From NCBI GenBank assembly GCA_951406725.2, contig OX597820.1, positions 68,138,001 to 68,202,000 on the forward strand: a DNA stretch of 64,000 nt, read 5' to 3'. Numbering within the stretch: the first letter of the stretch is position 1; every line of letters begins with the position of its first letter. The notes under the pieces are model-generated. The model was not told the DNA's origin. It worked only from the letters and a program-made list of their open reading frames with translations, and did not search any database. Both the position numbers and the translations under genes were made by a program. This stretch comes from Octopus vulgaris (taxonomy: Eukaryota). This document shows, piece after piece, positions 13,480 through 27,964 of the stretch.

Positions 13480-13804
13480 TATATATTTTGACGGGAATGT
13501 TCTAGCAACATTCCTTGTGTAGGTGTTTGGGTATGTATTCAATAACAAGGGAATCTTTGTATTTATTCCAGGCACATTTTCGAATGACATTGTACAATGT
13601 TTTTTGTGACCTCGGCGTGTCGTATAGGAAGGAAATACTTGCTCAACTAAAGGCGATGACTCTTTTTGGGCAATTTTTGTGCACGTAAGTAAGCATGTAT
13701 GTATATGTATATTATTTATAGATTCGTGATCGAGATGACTCCGGTCATTTGATGAGATGCCTACGAATCTTTGAGTTGTGTGATGCTGAGTCAAAGTGTC
13801 AACA

Positions 13805-13878
<74 letters not shown>

Positions 13879-13937
13879 CCTATCTATCAGTCTGTCTATC
13901 TGTCTGTCCATCTGTCTGTCTGTCTGTCTGTCTGTCT
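13805..13937. repeat. (TATC)n/(TGTC)n microsatellite
   Basis: Direct reading. Confidence 0.9.
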
Positions 13938-14315
13938 TTCTAACTATCTTTGCTTCCTTCAGATCAGCTTTCTTGGTGTGGAGCAGCCCGGTACGATACC
14001 TGTTTACTCATTATTCATCTCAATGTATCTCTTGTAATGATCCTGAAGGAATAAATTCAAGTAATCTGTGCATAACTTAAACATTACATTCATGATCCCC
14101 ACCGGGACGTCAACAATATACAATTCTCGCTGGTAGGAAATGAAGTTTCTAAAATGGGAGATAGAGGAATTCAAAGAGTTGCTTCGGTACAATTGTAGAG
14201 CACCTGTCATGCCTACAGGAAATGCTGGGTCGAGCCAGAAGGGCAGCCTTCAACTTTTTCTTTCCAAATGGGTTTTACAAGCCAATATTTACACTCTGTT
14301 ATTTAAGCATTATAA

Positions 14316-14535
14316 GACGGCGAGCTGCCAGAATCGTTAACACGCTGGGCAAAATGCTTAGCGCTGTTTCGTCTGTTTTTACGTTCTGAGTTCAAATTCC
14401 ACTGAGGTCGACCTTTGCCTTTTAGCCTTTTGGAGTGGATGAAGTAAGTACCAGTTGAGTACTGGGTTCGAAGTATTCGAATCATCCCCTCACACCCCCA
14501 AATTGCTGGCCTTGTGTCAAAATTTGAAAACATTA
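14316..14535 (+). mobile_element. SINE family A monomer
   Basis: gacggcgagctgccagaatcgttaacacgctgggcaaaatgcttagc...gttctgagttcaaattcc. Confidence 0.8.
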
Positions 14536-14927
14536 TTAAACCTTTATATGTACTTGGGAAACTAATTCCAAAGAAAGAACTATTCCATTTTTTCTTGAAA
14601 GTTTATCAATTCTTATGACGTCATAACACACTCTCACACACACACGCACACACACACACACATATATACACATACATAAATATGAGGTAATAATGGTCAA
14701 ATAGATCGTGGTCATTAGTTCCTTATCAACCAGCATACAATCAATCGGTTAGTGTAAAACATTCAAAATAGACATTCAACAAATATATAATGACTTATAC
14801 ATATTTAATGCATGCAAAATGAAATACTGTGCTCCTAGTAGCAATTAATATGTACGTACCAGGTGCCAGAGATGTTGATAATAGTTAAATTGGTATACCC
14901 AGTAGCGCAACGTGTTCGTACATGGTT

Positions 14928-14994
14928 AATGGATTAGATGTGGCGTTGAAGAAGGGGCAATAACTACCGAAATATGTATATACACCCATCCATT
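14928..14994 (+). ncRNA. Degenerate HHR-like motif
   Basis: aatggat...TTGAAGA A gggg...cc GAAA tatgta TA...atccatt; the outer stem pairs but stems II and III are imperfect. Confidence 0.3.
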
Positions 14995-15128
14995 ATCTAT
15001 TTTAATATCGTTGATTGCATTGTTCACATAAACGTATTTGTATAAGAAACGTCGAAAACTTCAGTGCTAGCTCTAAAGTCTATAGAAAATATGTAGACAT
15101 AATTTAAAAGTGATTATATTATAGGCAT

Positions 15129-15175
<47 letters not shown>

Positions 15176-15227
15176 CACACACATATATGCATATACATAT
15201 ATATATTTATTTATGTTCTCATGCATA

Positions 15228-15303
<76 letters not shown>

Positions 15304-15540
15304 CATATATACATATATGTATACGTGTGTGTATGTATAAATATGTCTGTGTGTGTGTATGCTTGAGTGTGTGTGTCTTGCGCGGGCATATTGTTCTGAG
15401 GAAGGCGATGAAGCCGCTCCTCCGAAGTTACCTTTACCATGGCGAAATTTAATAAACATATATTCTAATAAAACTAAATAATATTTCAGGTTAACCTTAA
15501 ATTACTTTTATATATATATTACTTGAGATAAAAGTATACA

Positions 15541-15571
<31 letters not shown>

Positions 15572-16485
15572 CATACATACATACATACATACATACATGC
15601 ATACGAACGTACATACGTACATACATACATATCCAAAATTTAGGAATGTTGGTTAATATTATATTCTAAATGTTGCAAGACATCATTCTTCTTATTTCAT
15701 ATTTGATAGTTTTACTCATTCTTCCTCACAGCAATGGCTATTAAATTAGATATTAGTATTCTAGTTAGGCGGGTTGAATTGACTATACTTCCGCCTACTA
15801 ATTAGGTTACATGCGTAATCAAAACTAATTATTATACTAAGAAACAGTGAGATATTCGCTGTTACAGTTTACATTTATATATCACATAAGGCATTCAATT
15901 TTCTTAAAATATATGCACAGAACAAGGAAGGTGTCTCGCTAATATTTAAGCTCTGACAGCACCCTTAATTAGCGTTGTGTAAAGTTTAATGAAAATTGAA
16001 CTACTGGAGGTAACATGTTGAATCATTAAGAGATTTCTTGGTACAAAGGCCTTAATTTTTCTACTGAACTTTTAATGATTTTCTACTCAAATCAGATAAA
16101 TGGAATTCCGTATTCTAGAAAGTTCTGAAAGTGAGAATAATTAATACTTACGGGCAATATGGATTTGACATAATTTTAACGAACGTCATAGCGAATGCAC
16201 CTCTAATTTGCGGTTTCGTGCATCTATAAAATTTCGAAAAGTAATTTGTAGGAACCGAGGAGATATACTTCCACGGAAGTGAATATGAAGAAGTGATTAT
16301 GTTCGTTAATAATTTATTCGAAACGAACGTATTGATTGCAGCATAAAGTTGGCAAGTTGCAAACATTCTTGCAAATGATGTTATCTACGACTATACACAT
16401 CTCGCGTACATGGAAGCAGTCTTAAATACACACACACACACATTCACATATATATACACATACGCGTGCGCACTCAAATACACAC

Positions 16486-16527
<42 letters not shown>

Positions 16528-16624
16528 GTATGTATGTTATATATATGTATATATATATATATACATACATATATACGCATAGACAAACACACACACGCAC
16601 ACACACTGTCTCACACACACACAT

Positions 16625-16717
<93 letters not shown>

Positions 16718-17469
16718 CGCAAGTGCATATGTACAAATAAAAGGGAATGGGTGCTCTGTACTAAAAGATGACTGATATTAGATTTTATTGACTCATGAAA
16801 AGTTTCACAAATTGGCGAGTTTCACGTTGCCGATCTACAAACGAAATATGAAGCAGATGTAACAGCGTGACAGTAACAACTACACACGCGCACGCGCACA
16901 CAGATACACAGAGATACATGTAAGAATATATGTGTATGAGATTTATCTATGCATGCGTATTTGTGTATGGAGACAGTGTACGTGAGTATTCTTAAGAGCT
17001 TCTATGCTTTTGTGTATTTCTAGAAGCAAAATTCTTTCAATAATATTATCTGAGGTATTTGTTCGTCCCTTGAATCTCTATCCACTTTTTACTTTTTTTG
17101 TCTTACGAAAATGTTGCAATACTTAGCAAAGTACGGGTATCTGGCATCGATACAACACCCTAAAACATCTTTCAAGAGGTAAATCTTGTATGGTTGCAGT
17201 CCAATGATTGATAGCAATGATAGAATACCTCAAACATGCATGCATATATACTTAAATATTTACATGTGTGTGCATATGTGTGTGCATATGTGTGTGTGTG
17301 TGTTTGTACATGCGTATATGCTTACATGCACCTATGTATGTATGTTGCATGTACGTATGTGTGTAGATAGATGGGGAGAGAGGAGGGGAAGTGAAAGAGA
17401 TAGTGTGTGGATATGTGTGTATATGTGCGTTTGTATGTGCGCGTGTGTTTGTGTGTGTGTGTCTACTAT

Positions 17470-17866
17470 GCAGGAGTGGCTGTGGTAAGTAGCTTGTTTA
17501 CCAACCACATGGTTCCGGGTTCAGTTCCACTTCGTGGCACCATGGGCAAGTGTCTTTTACTATAGCCTCGGGGCGAACAAAGTCTTGTGAGTGGATTTCA
17601 TAGACAGAAACTAAAAAAAAAACAGTCGTATATATGTATGTGTGTGTTTGTGTGTGTGTGTCTGTTTGTCCCTCCAACATCGCTTGACAACCGATGCTGG
17701 TGCGTTTACGTCCCCGTAACTTAGCGGTTCAGCATAAGAAACCGATAGAATAAGTACTAGGCTCACAAAGAATAAGTCCTGGGGTCGATTTCTTCGACTA
17801 AAGGCGGTGCTCCATCATGGCCACAGTGAAATGACTGAAACAAGTAAAAGAGTAAAGAGTAAAGAG
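17470..17866 (+). mobile_element. SINE family C, full length
   Basis: Head gcaggagtggctgtggtaagtagcttg...ggttccgggttcagttcc, internal (TG) tract, tail ggcggtgctccatcatggccacagtgaaatgactgaaacaagtaaaagagtaaagagtaaagagta. Confidence 0.9.
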
Positions 17867-18534
17867 TACCTATCTACACAAACAGAAGAAGAGTATAAAA
17901 CGTAAAACTGATAATCTTAACAAGAGTATTCTATATCTTTGGCATACTCATAAGAAGCAGGTTGTAGCCATAGGGGGTCTCACCTGGCAACTCTACTACA
18001 AACATATTATTTGAGTGAATTTGTATCATATATTTTAAATGTTTAGTATCTTACACACATACTTACATATCTGTAGATAATAAGTTAAATATTTTATACA
18101 TTAATTAATAAATTTATTGATCTGTTAAGGATTATAATCACTTTGAAGTTATCTCTACAGGTTTTCTATTAAATTTGGAGACGATTACGTCTATGCAAAC
18201 AGTGCGGTTGAAGATAGGAAAATAGGTAATGGATGTGTAAAAAATCCGTAGATAACAAAAGTGATTGAATAGCACTGCTTGTACAAAAAGTTGGGCTTTT
18301 ATATATTTAATGTCCTTGATAGCATTTTGTGGTTACAAAAGGAAGAACGGTAACCCTACCAGCAATTTAAGATAACATAATAAATGTTTATAATTATGTA
18401 TCTATGTGTGTGTGTGTGTATGTGTGCCTATATATACGCTTAACATATGTTTCTATTCAATGCGTTTTTAGCCCATTGTTTACGCGGTATTATTTGTAGC
18501 TTTATCTTCTCCGAGTTCCCCGTTAAAACGAATA

Positions 18535-18570
<36 letters not shown>

Positions 18571-18587
18571 GTCTGTGTGTGTGCGTG

Positions 18588-18619
<32 letters not shown>

Positions 18620-18872
18620 TATAGTGAATAAACAAAGAGGGGTAATCCCGAACTGACAAAAAAACCTAGTTTTATAATGTATCAATCAATACTAGGGTCC
18701 GATCTGCGTTTATAGATCACCTGGTCTGAAAAAATAATAGCGTAATGGGAAACAAACAATCAATAAGTTAGCTCTGGCATGTTTGTGCTGTTCAAATATG
18801 AACCTATGGCTCCAGAAAGTGTACCACAGAGCTGATAATGATATATTTACGCATTTTGCCATAAACAAGTGC

Positions 18873-18916
<44 letters not shown>

Positions 18917-18917
<1 letters not shown>

Positions 18918-19534
18918 TGGTGCAGACTCCTTTACTCATGTGAGGCATGGACTCTTTACAGACGTCAAAGAACTTTGAACGCTTTCCTCAGAGATGTCTG
19001 AGAAACATTCTGAATTTTGCCTGGACCTTATAAACTCCAGACACACAGTTCTTAAGAAAAGCTGATATCTTGAGTAATAAGGCGATGGTGCACAAGCACC
19101 GGTTACGTTGGAATGGACACCTTATAAGAATGGACACCTTATTAGAATGAAGGATTGCAGGATCCCTAAACAGACGCTATATGGGGAAAGAGACCCAGGC
19201 AGAAACCAAGGCTGCGATTTAAAGACTGTGTCAAGTCCTCATTAAAGACCTGTGATATGCAGGAGACCCACTGGCAGAACAATGCCTGTCATCGCCACAG
19301 ATAGTGGAAGCGGGTTAAGGAGGAGGTCGACAATTTTGAAAGAGCACATATTCTCCATGAAGTATTTAAGCGTGCTGCTCGAAAGCGCATTGCTGGCTTG
19401 GTGAATAGAGAAAGCTTGGTTTGCAATGTTTGCAGTCGTATATGCTTGCCAAGAGCGGGGCCGCAAATACAAAATATAAGTAACTCCTAGAACGCACAAT
19501 GGTCCTCCTCGGTCACGAGTGGACGACCATCATA
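18917..19534 (+). mobile_element. 5'-truncated RTE-clade LINE, 3' end
   Basis: Frameshifted translation LLYSCEAWTLYRRQ...RCLRNIL...RLRWNGHLIRMKDCRIPKQTLYG...KPRLRFKDCVKSSLK...LVCNVCSRIC, typical of the RTE/BovB ORF C-terminus. Confidence 0.85.
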
Positions 19535-19785
<251 letters not shown>

Positions 19786-20360
19786 TAAAATACACTCCCA
19801 TATACTCATATGTCCATACACACACACACATACAAAGCCATATATCTGTATTAGATTTTGCTTGTAAGCTATGTACAAAAGGATAGTCAATAATAATGAC
19901 ATCATTTACAGTTCATTTATTAATTCAGCAAGGTTTTAAAATATTTTTTCAATACAAACCAAAAATTCAACTGGATGTACCAACATTTTATCATCAAATG
20001 CCCGAGATTTAAGCATTTGAAAGTTTTCTCCTGACACTGTCATGCACAAATGAGTAGAATGCATGGTTCTTAGCACCCAAGTACATTATGTCATGTGTCG
20101 CCTTTCATATTGTTGTGACTCATATCAACTTGGTATAACTATAATTAACGAATGTTATATGGATTTACCAATTTCACTAATGCCATTATGAAAAAGTTAT
20201 GGGATATGCACTGAGATGGTGTGTACAGGCGAAGACATAGGTGTATGGTTAAAAATATTGCTTCCCAACAGCATGATTCCGGGTTTAGTCTCCTATAGCC
20301 TCTGGCCGACGAAAGCCTCGTGAGCGGAAACTTGCTAGACGGAAACTGAAAGAAGCACGT

Positions 20361-20404
<44 letters not shown>

Positions 20405-20409
<5 letters not shown>

Positions 20410-20630
20410 AAACAAGTCAAAATAGAAAATGCTAAAATAATTTTATAAAGAACATTTCAGTACCGGTTTCGGTCATTTTGAGACCTTTTCAACTGTAACG
20501 ATTAAATAATTAAATTTAGAAAAATTAAAAGAAAAGTTTTTTAAAGGAATATTTGTATAGTGTTCAAATATAAGTGGCATTCTGCCTTTCTCTGTCTCCC
20601 TTGTTTGCACTTGTGTGTTCGAGGCCGTTG
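20405..20630 (-). mobile_element. HHR-bearing non-autonomous element family P2, flanked by (TA)n
   Basis: (TA)n on both sides; homologous to 8770-9000 and to both arms of 21789-22110. Confidence 0.7.
20456..20498 (-). ncRNA. Type I hammerhead ribozyme motif with U3/A8 variant core
   Basis: Minus strand: cag UUGAAAA gguc-ucaaaau-gacc GAAA C-CG-G UA cug. Stem I cag/cug, stem II gguc/gacc, palindromic stem III ACCGGU, GUA cleavage triplet. Confidence 0.65.
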
Positions 20631-20646
20631 ATATATATATATATAT

Positions 20647-21425
20647 CCCAGAGCCTAAATCAGTGAGGGACCTGGGTATCGACATGAGTGATGATAATTC
20701 TTTCCAAGTGCACATTACCAGGATGGCGACAAAGTGTAGAGGACTGGCTGGCTGGATCCTGAGAATATTCAGAACTAGAGATAAGGAAACCATGATGGTC
20801 TTCTGGAGGACGTTCGTCCTCAGCCGCCTGGATTACTGCTCACAGCTATGGTCACCCTCCAGTGCGAAATTAACAGCGGACCTTGAAGCGATCCAGAGAA
20901 GATTCTCAAAGAAGATCGTCTCTTAGCAACTGCTCATCTACTGGGAAAAGCTGAAACAACTAATACTCTACTCCCTGGAGAGAAGGCGGTATACAGTAAT
21001 ATATATCTGGAAGGTCCTGGAAGATCCTGGAAGGAATTGTGCCAAAGTTTGGCATTGAAAGTTACACCAATGCCCGAACGGAACGACACAGCATAGTGCC
21101 AAATATCCCAGCAACGCCATCGCGCTTCAGGACCAGTTACTGCAACAGCCTGGGTTTCAAGGGCCCACAGCTTTTTAATACTTTCCCAAAGAGCCCGAAA
21201 AACCTGCACAAAGTAGATGTAGGCGTTTTTATATCAAAGCTGGACCTCTTCCTGTCAAGAGTCCCAGATGAACCAACATCACAGCAAGAGGTGCAAATGA
21301 GGGTAGCTATATCAAACACCATTCTTCATCAAGTGCCACATATTGGAGGAGGCTCTCAGTAATAACACTGTAACAAAACGGCGGTGCATCAGCGTGGCCG
21401 TAGCTCTGAGCTGAAACTAGAGGAA
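20647..21425 (+). mobile_element. 5'-truncated CR1-clade LINE, RT C-terminus and 3' UTR
   Basis: ORFs 20615-20926 (VRDLGIDMSDDNSF..HI...WILRIFRTRD...SRLDYCSQLWSP...LEAIQRRF) and 21039-21362 (GPQLFNTFP...FISKLDLFLSRVPDEP), with YSLERRR between them. Confidence 0.9.
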
Positions 21426-21440
21426 AAATTATACACACAC

Positions 21441-21473
<33 letters not shown>

Positions 21474-21489
21474 TGTATGTATCTATCTA

Positions 21490-21771
<282 letters not shown>

Positions 21772-21788
21772 CGTATGTATGTATATAT

Positions 21789-22110
21789 GGAAAATAAGTC
21801 CAGGTAGAAAATGCTAAAATAATTTTATAAAAAACATTTCAATACCGGTTTCAGTCATTGTGACTTATTCAGCTGTAAGCGTGGAAGACAATTACATTTT
21901 GGAAAGATTAAATGCAAAGTTTTTTAAAAGAATATTTGCTCCATCTGAATACTATGCAAATATTCTTTTAAAAAACTTTCCATTTAATTTTTCCAAAATT
22001 TAAATTGTTTTTCATGATTACAGTTGAAGAAGCCTCAATGACTGAAACCGGTACTAAAATGTTTTTTAAAAAGTTATTTTAGCAGTTTCTACCTTGACTT
22101 TTTTTCCATA
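21789..22110. mobile_element. Head-to-head inverted pair of family P2 copies (~150-bp arms, ~16-bp spacer), each with an HHR motif
   Basis: 21789-21940 is the diverged reverse complement of 21956-22110; HHR motifs at ~21838-21878 (-, core CUGAAUA) and ~22018-22058 (+, core UUGAAGA); short TA tracts outside both arms. Confidence 0.8.
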
Positions 22111-22143
22111 TATATATATCAACTCGTGTGTTCCTTTTCAACC

Positions 22144-22221
<78 letters not shown>

Positions 22222-22899
22222 ATACATACATGTGTGTGTTTGTGTATGTGTGTGAAAGAGAAAGTGTGTCTTTGTGGTTACGTCCCCGTAACTTAGTGCT
22301 TTGGCAAAAAAGTCAATGTTTGATTAAAATCTTTCAAAGCGGTGCTCCACCATGGCCATAATCAAGTGACTGAAACAGATGAAAGAATAACAGATTATCT
22401 AGAATATGTCTGCCGTAGAGATAAGTATTGAATCAGTTCCCTAATGCGATTTATGAATGAAGTGATATTACCAACGTCCTCGATCGCATTATATATATAT
22501 ATATATCATTATCTCTGTGATATAAACTCTATCTTATTTTAATCACACATGTTTTTACCATAGTATTATACAATCGATTATGTTCATGTCTGTCAATACG
22601 GATTTGTTTTAAATAAATATAAAGTTAATTTTTCTAGATTAGGTTGACCAAGTAAACTAGATCAACCATCACATCTAATCAACAAGAACTTTAACTGATT
22701 AAAAGAAATAACTTTATATGAGGTTAGGGAATAAATTACAGAAAATATCACATATCTATTTTCTTGTTTTCTCAATTATTTTATCAAATGAATACCTATA
22801 TTTTTTTGTATGATTTATTTAATTTTTGCGATGTGATTATAATAATCTTTGTTTACAAGAGATTAATATTTCTTATAATACAAAACCTGTTGAACTGTT

Positions 22900-23430
22900 T
22901 CAGTTGAACGGTCGAAAGACAAGTGCGTAAAGTGAGTTAGCAGGAAATGACTTTATGCTACAACGAATCCAAGGCTTGTGCTATGTTTGCTGGGAAAATA
23001 GATAATGAACTAATTTCAGATACCTGGAAATGGAGCTAATGAAGTTGAAAGGAAATCTTCGTTTGCCAAGTCAAGTTGTGGAAAGATTCTTTGAAATTAA
23101 AGGATTCCGTTTACGCAAAAAGTCACAACATGAATCTTCACTTGTAAGCCGAAAGCATATTTATCTGAAACTAATAGTGATGTTGGCATAACACTGTTTG
23201 CATCTTCAGGCTAAACAGGAAAATTTCCAAAAACTTGTCTGTTTTTCATTTGTCAGTTTGGTTTAAGGAAATAATACACGGTTGGAAGGAAAACTATTTC
23301 AAATTTAAGAGCTGACATTAAAATGCAAGCAGCTTAATAACAGGCAGCGGAAGTAGGAAACTATGTTATAGCGTCAACATTATACCAAACTTCTCTGCAC
23401 AGCCACAGCATCAAAGCAGCATAAATTCTT
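22900..23430 (+). mobile_element. Possible highly decayed hAT (SPIN/GTF2IRD2-like) transposase C-terminus
   Basis: Fragmentary resemblance only (ENFQKL...SL.G.N...EKLF... and QPQHQSS near the end) to the hAT dimerisation region; many frameshifts. Confidence 0.25.
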
Positions 23431-24318
23431 CTAGCTCGCTGTTGCCTCGAAACGGTTTCGATTTTCAATTGAAGAAATGTTTGCCAAGTAAATCTCTTAG
23501 AAAACGAATAAACATGGTACCATCGTGATCTTTATCCTGATAACTGTGCCACAGTAAAATATATAAATTTTTATGTTCACACATTAATAAAATAAGAGAT
23601 AAGCATGAGCTTGTATTTATGCGATTCTCAAATGTATGCTACCGACTCGGATCCCGCTGCGAGGCACCTTGTCAAGGGTTTTCTAGAGTCAGACCCAGTT
23701 GAGTGAAGGACATGGTGTAGATGTAAACGTTGGAAAATAGTTTCACTTGACGTTAGTAACAGCTAAAATCATTTCATGAATATAACGTTATCAATGTACA
23801 CTTCCCATAAAGATGACATATACATGTACATATATATATATATGCGCACACACATACACTCGCGCGCACGGACATACACACTCACATATATACGCACACA
23901 CCCATTTAGGTATGTATGTATGGTTGGCTGGCTGGATGGAAGGATGGACGAATATATGTACATTTGGATGTTTGTGTATACTCTTAATTTTAAACATAGA
24001 TTTTCAAAAGCGTCTAAAATTTAACATTAGGTATACGAGATAACGATCCCTATTGATCAATTTTTTTTTTCCTCTCCCCCCTTTTTTTTAACCCCCCTTT
24101 TTTGTCCTCTTTCTCTCCTTTTACGATCCCTTTTGATCGAAACTCCCCCTTCCCTTTCTTTTTTTTTTAAACCTTCAAAAGAAAAGCTCTACCTTGTAAT
24201 TTGTTCTATCTGTGTGCAGCCCTGTGTGGCTAATAAAGAAACATATCTATTTATCTCTCTGCCTTCCTATCTATCTATCTATCTATCTACCTACCTACCT
24301 ACCTACCTACCTACCTAC

Positions 24319-24378
<60 letters not shown>

Positions 24379-24426
24379 GTGTACACACACGCACACACTC
24401 ACACATGTCTATACATCGTTATAAAG

Positions 24427-24454
24427 AATGATGATGATGATAATAATAATAATG

Positions 24455-24517
<63 letters not shown>

Positions 24518-24555
24518 GGTGGTGGTGGTAATGATGATGATGATGATGATGATGA
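24427..24555. repeat. (GAT)/(AAT)/(GGT) compound trinucleotide repeat
   Basis: Direct reading. Confidence 0.9.
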
Positions 24556-25460
24556 GGTAGGCCACAATACTTTTAACTTCTGACATATTATGATTACTAA
24601 GGTACACTAATAAATCAAATGAAAACACACCGCTTTCCAAAATTTTGAAACGCGAAAGATAAGGGAGAAACGGTATATGATTACATTTATATTCGGTATT
24701 TTTCTTCATATTCATTGAGTGAACTGTGTCAGAAACGGTGAACTGGCAGTTCTTTTGACTCACTACTAACCTTTGTGACCCTTATCCCGCATCAGCCACA
24801 GAGTGTCCTGTTCTATTACTCGTTCGTCTTATTTTTCAACACTGACCATTATCTGCTGTTTATATTTTTCTTTTGATGTGGTTTACAGCTGTACAACCCC
24901 TTCGGCCATACCCGCACATTCTGTTTATCTTGCGTTCAGTAAGTTAAAGCATTGTTTAAGAACCGTGCTCAACCTTCGATCACCTTCGGGGCAGACGCCA
25001 ATTCTGCCACCCTTGGCCAAACATATATCTTCACCTTATAACTGTAATGGCGTCAGATCTATTTAGCTTAATCCGCAACAAGCACTGGTTTTGTCTTTTT
25101 GTTCTGTCTCCCTCAAACCTCATTGTTTTTAGAATAATGTTATCAATTTCTATCAACAGAGATCAAGTAAAAACATACACATATACAGACTACAATGGCA
25201 CCAAAACAAATAAATCTTCTATCGTCTGTTTTGTCGTACGTATTTTCATACACAAACACGTATACGCTGACACAAGAGAACATGCACCCCCAAAGCACAC
25301 TCAAGGACACACATATATACACATACTGCTTATACATATATATATGTATATATATGTTTTTATGTATGTATGTATGTATGTATGTATGTATGTATGTATG
25401 TATGTATGTATGTATATATAAATATATACATATAGTGGCGTACGTACACTTTTGGTCTCC

Positions 25461-25516
<56 letters not shown>

Positions 25517-25600
25517 ATATGTGTACATGTGTAGTGTATATATGTGTATATATATATATATATGTATGTGTTTATATCTATATATACATGTATATATATG

Positions 25601-25673
<73 letters not shown>

Positions 25674-25897
25674 AATGTATATATATGGGTGGGCTGGGTG
25701 GTATATGTGTATAAATACATTAATATTGTTTTAGATGATGAAAATAACTAGCGAATATATCTTAAGGCTGGAGATAAATATTTCTAAGTAGTACATTAAA
25801 ATGTTTTCATACGCATTCACACACACTTGCACATAGACACATAGATAAATATGAACACATATATGCATACTTATGCACATAGCTATACATACGTATT

Positions 25898-25944
<47 letters not shown>

Positions 25945-26009
25945 CATATGTATAAGACATAATACATCCATAAGTATGCATATGTGTGTATGTATATGTA
26001 TGCGTGTAC

Positions 26010-26075
<66 letters not shown>

Positions 26076-26688
26076 GTGTGCATTTATTTGTGATTGTGTT
26101 TGTAAATACATATAATGTAGGATTTATGGAACTTTCCTAGAAATGTTTAGTTCTGGAAATGAAGAATAAATAAAGATCATTTAAGATAAATCACTTGTTC
26201 TCTCTTTAGCCTTCGCACACACACGCACACATGCACACACATCCCTGGGTACGCTTAAGTATATTAGTGACTTGGCATATGAAACTGTAAAGAAAAGACT
26301 TAGCAGGATCTATGTTCGCTACAACACATTCTGAGTCCGTATATCGCTAAAGGTATTTACTGTGTCTTAGAAAAGATAAATTGTCTACGTGTACTATATA
26401 TTATGAAAAGAATGGTGCCAGGCATATTACTGTGATCTTTCTATGAATCGAAATAATTTTGAGAGGATGAGAGTGTTGCGTTCTTAATCCTACTTTTTGG
26501 TGATAAACTATTCAGACAACCTCGAGAAGCTGACAATTATCGAAATCACACCTGCGCGGACACAAATACATACAAATGCATACACACTCAACACGCGCAT
26601 TCTTATCTGTCCGTATGTTTGTAATTCTATTAATATGTGTATGAATGTATGGAGGAATATATTGGGTGTGTAAATATATGTATGGTAT

Positions 26689-27036
26689 TGGAGGCGCATG
26701 GCTTTGTGATTAGGTTGTTCGACACACGATCGCAAGATCACAATAACGAGGTAGTGAGTTCGATTCCCGGACCGGGCTGTGTGTTAGGTTCTTGAGCAAA
26801 GCACTTTATTTCACGTTGGTCCTATTCACTCAGTTGTAGAAACGAGTTGCGACGTCACTGGTTTCAAGCTGTATCGGCTTTTACCTTTTCCTTGGATAAC
26901 ATCGGTGGTGGAGAGAGAAGAGGATTGTATATATGGGCAACTGTTGGTTTCCATAAACAACCTTGCCCGGACTTGTACCTTGGAGAGTAACTTTCTAGGT
27001 GCAAACCCATGGTCATTCATGACCGAAGAGGGTCTT
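26689..27036 (+). mobile_element. tRNA-derived SINE family B
   Basis: Collinear with 2375-2711 through to ggtcattcatgaccgaag. Confidence 0.85.
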
Positions 27037-27964
27037 TTTCCATTACCCTATATGTATATATATATATATATATATATGTTATAAAACTTACTTGGCAAAG
27101 GATGCGTGGCGTTCGATCATATAATAATATAAATAATATAAATATATGCATATATACATACATATATGTACATACCTACATCTATATGTATATATACATG
27201 CATATATGGGTACAGGTTATCAAAAAAACCTTGAACACAATGAGAAACGAAAACATAAAAACAATAACAAAGAAAACAAACAGAGAAACGAGACATGCAA
27301 CATAAAGAATATTCCCCTTCACCAGTTGTGCCTGTTTCATCTACTCCACGTTTCGAAACAGTTGTGACAATCACTAGCTTACTTCGAATACTATGTAAAA
27401 ACAATTTAAAGACCGAAAGAATATTTTTATGACTGATGTAACATCTTTGCGAAAAAGATCGAGACTTAAGCAAGTTCTGTCGCTGTCACTCGCATCCAAA
27501 ATAACGATCAGATTGTTCTTTTCACCTAAGTTCATTTAAACCTTTTGACACCAACTTTAACATGATAAAATTACAAACCATTCATCAATGTTTCATGCTA
27601 AATTATGATCCAAACTTAATAACAAACAATTTGACCAAACCCTTCCTTATTTTCAAAATTAAATGAAATAAAGACAGTCTATTTAAATAGAAATATGATG
27701 ACAAAAATGGTTAAAATCATTAATTGATTTTTAATTTCTTGAAATTATCTCCCTTTGCCATGTGAGTTGCTTGCAATTTTCGTCAGGATTTTGATTTCCA
27801 TCGATGTGCAATAAGAGAATTTTTTATACACCTTTTGATTTTGTTATCCGAATACATGGCTTTGTTAGAGTAAAATTAATTTTCCTTAGCTCATTTTAGT
27901 TTCAATTATACAAACATCTTATAATCGATTAGACACTAAATTCTTTTTTGTATATCTTTTTTCT

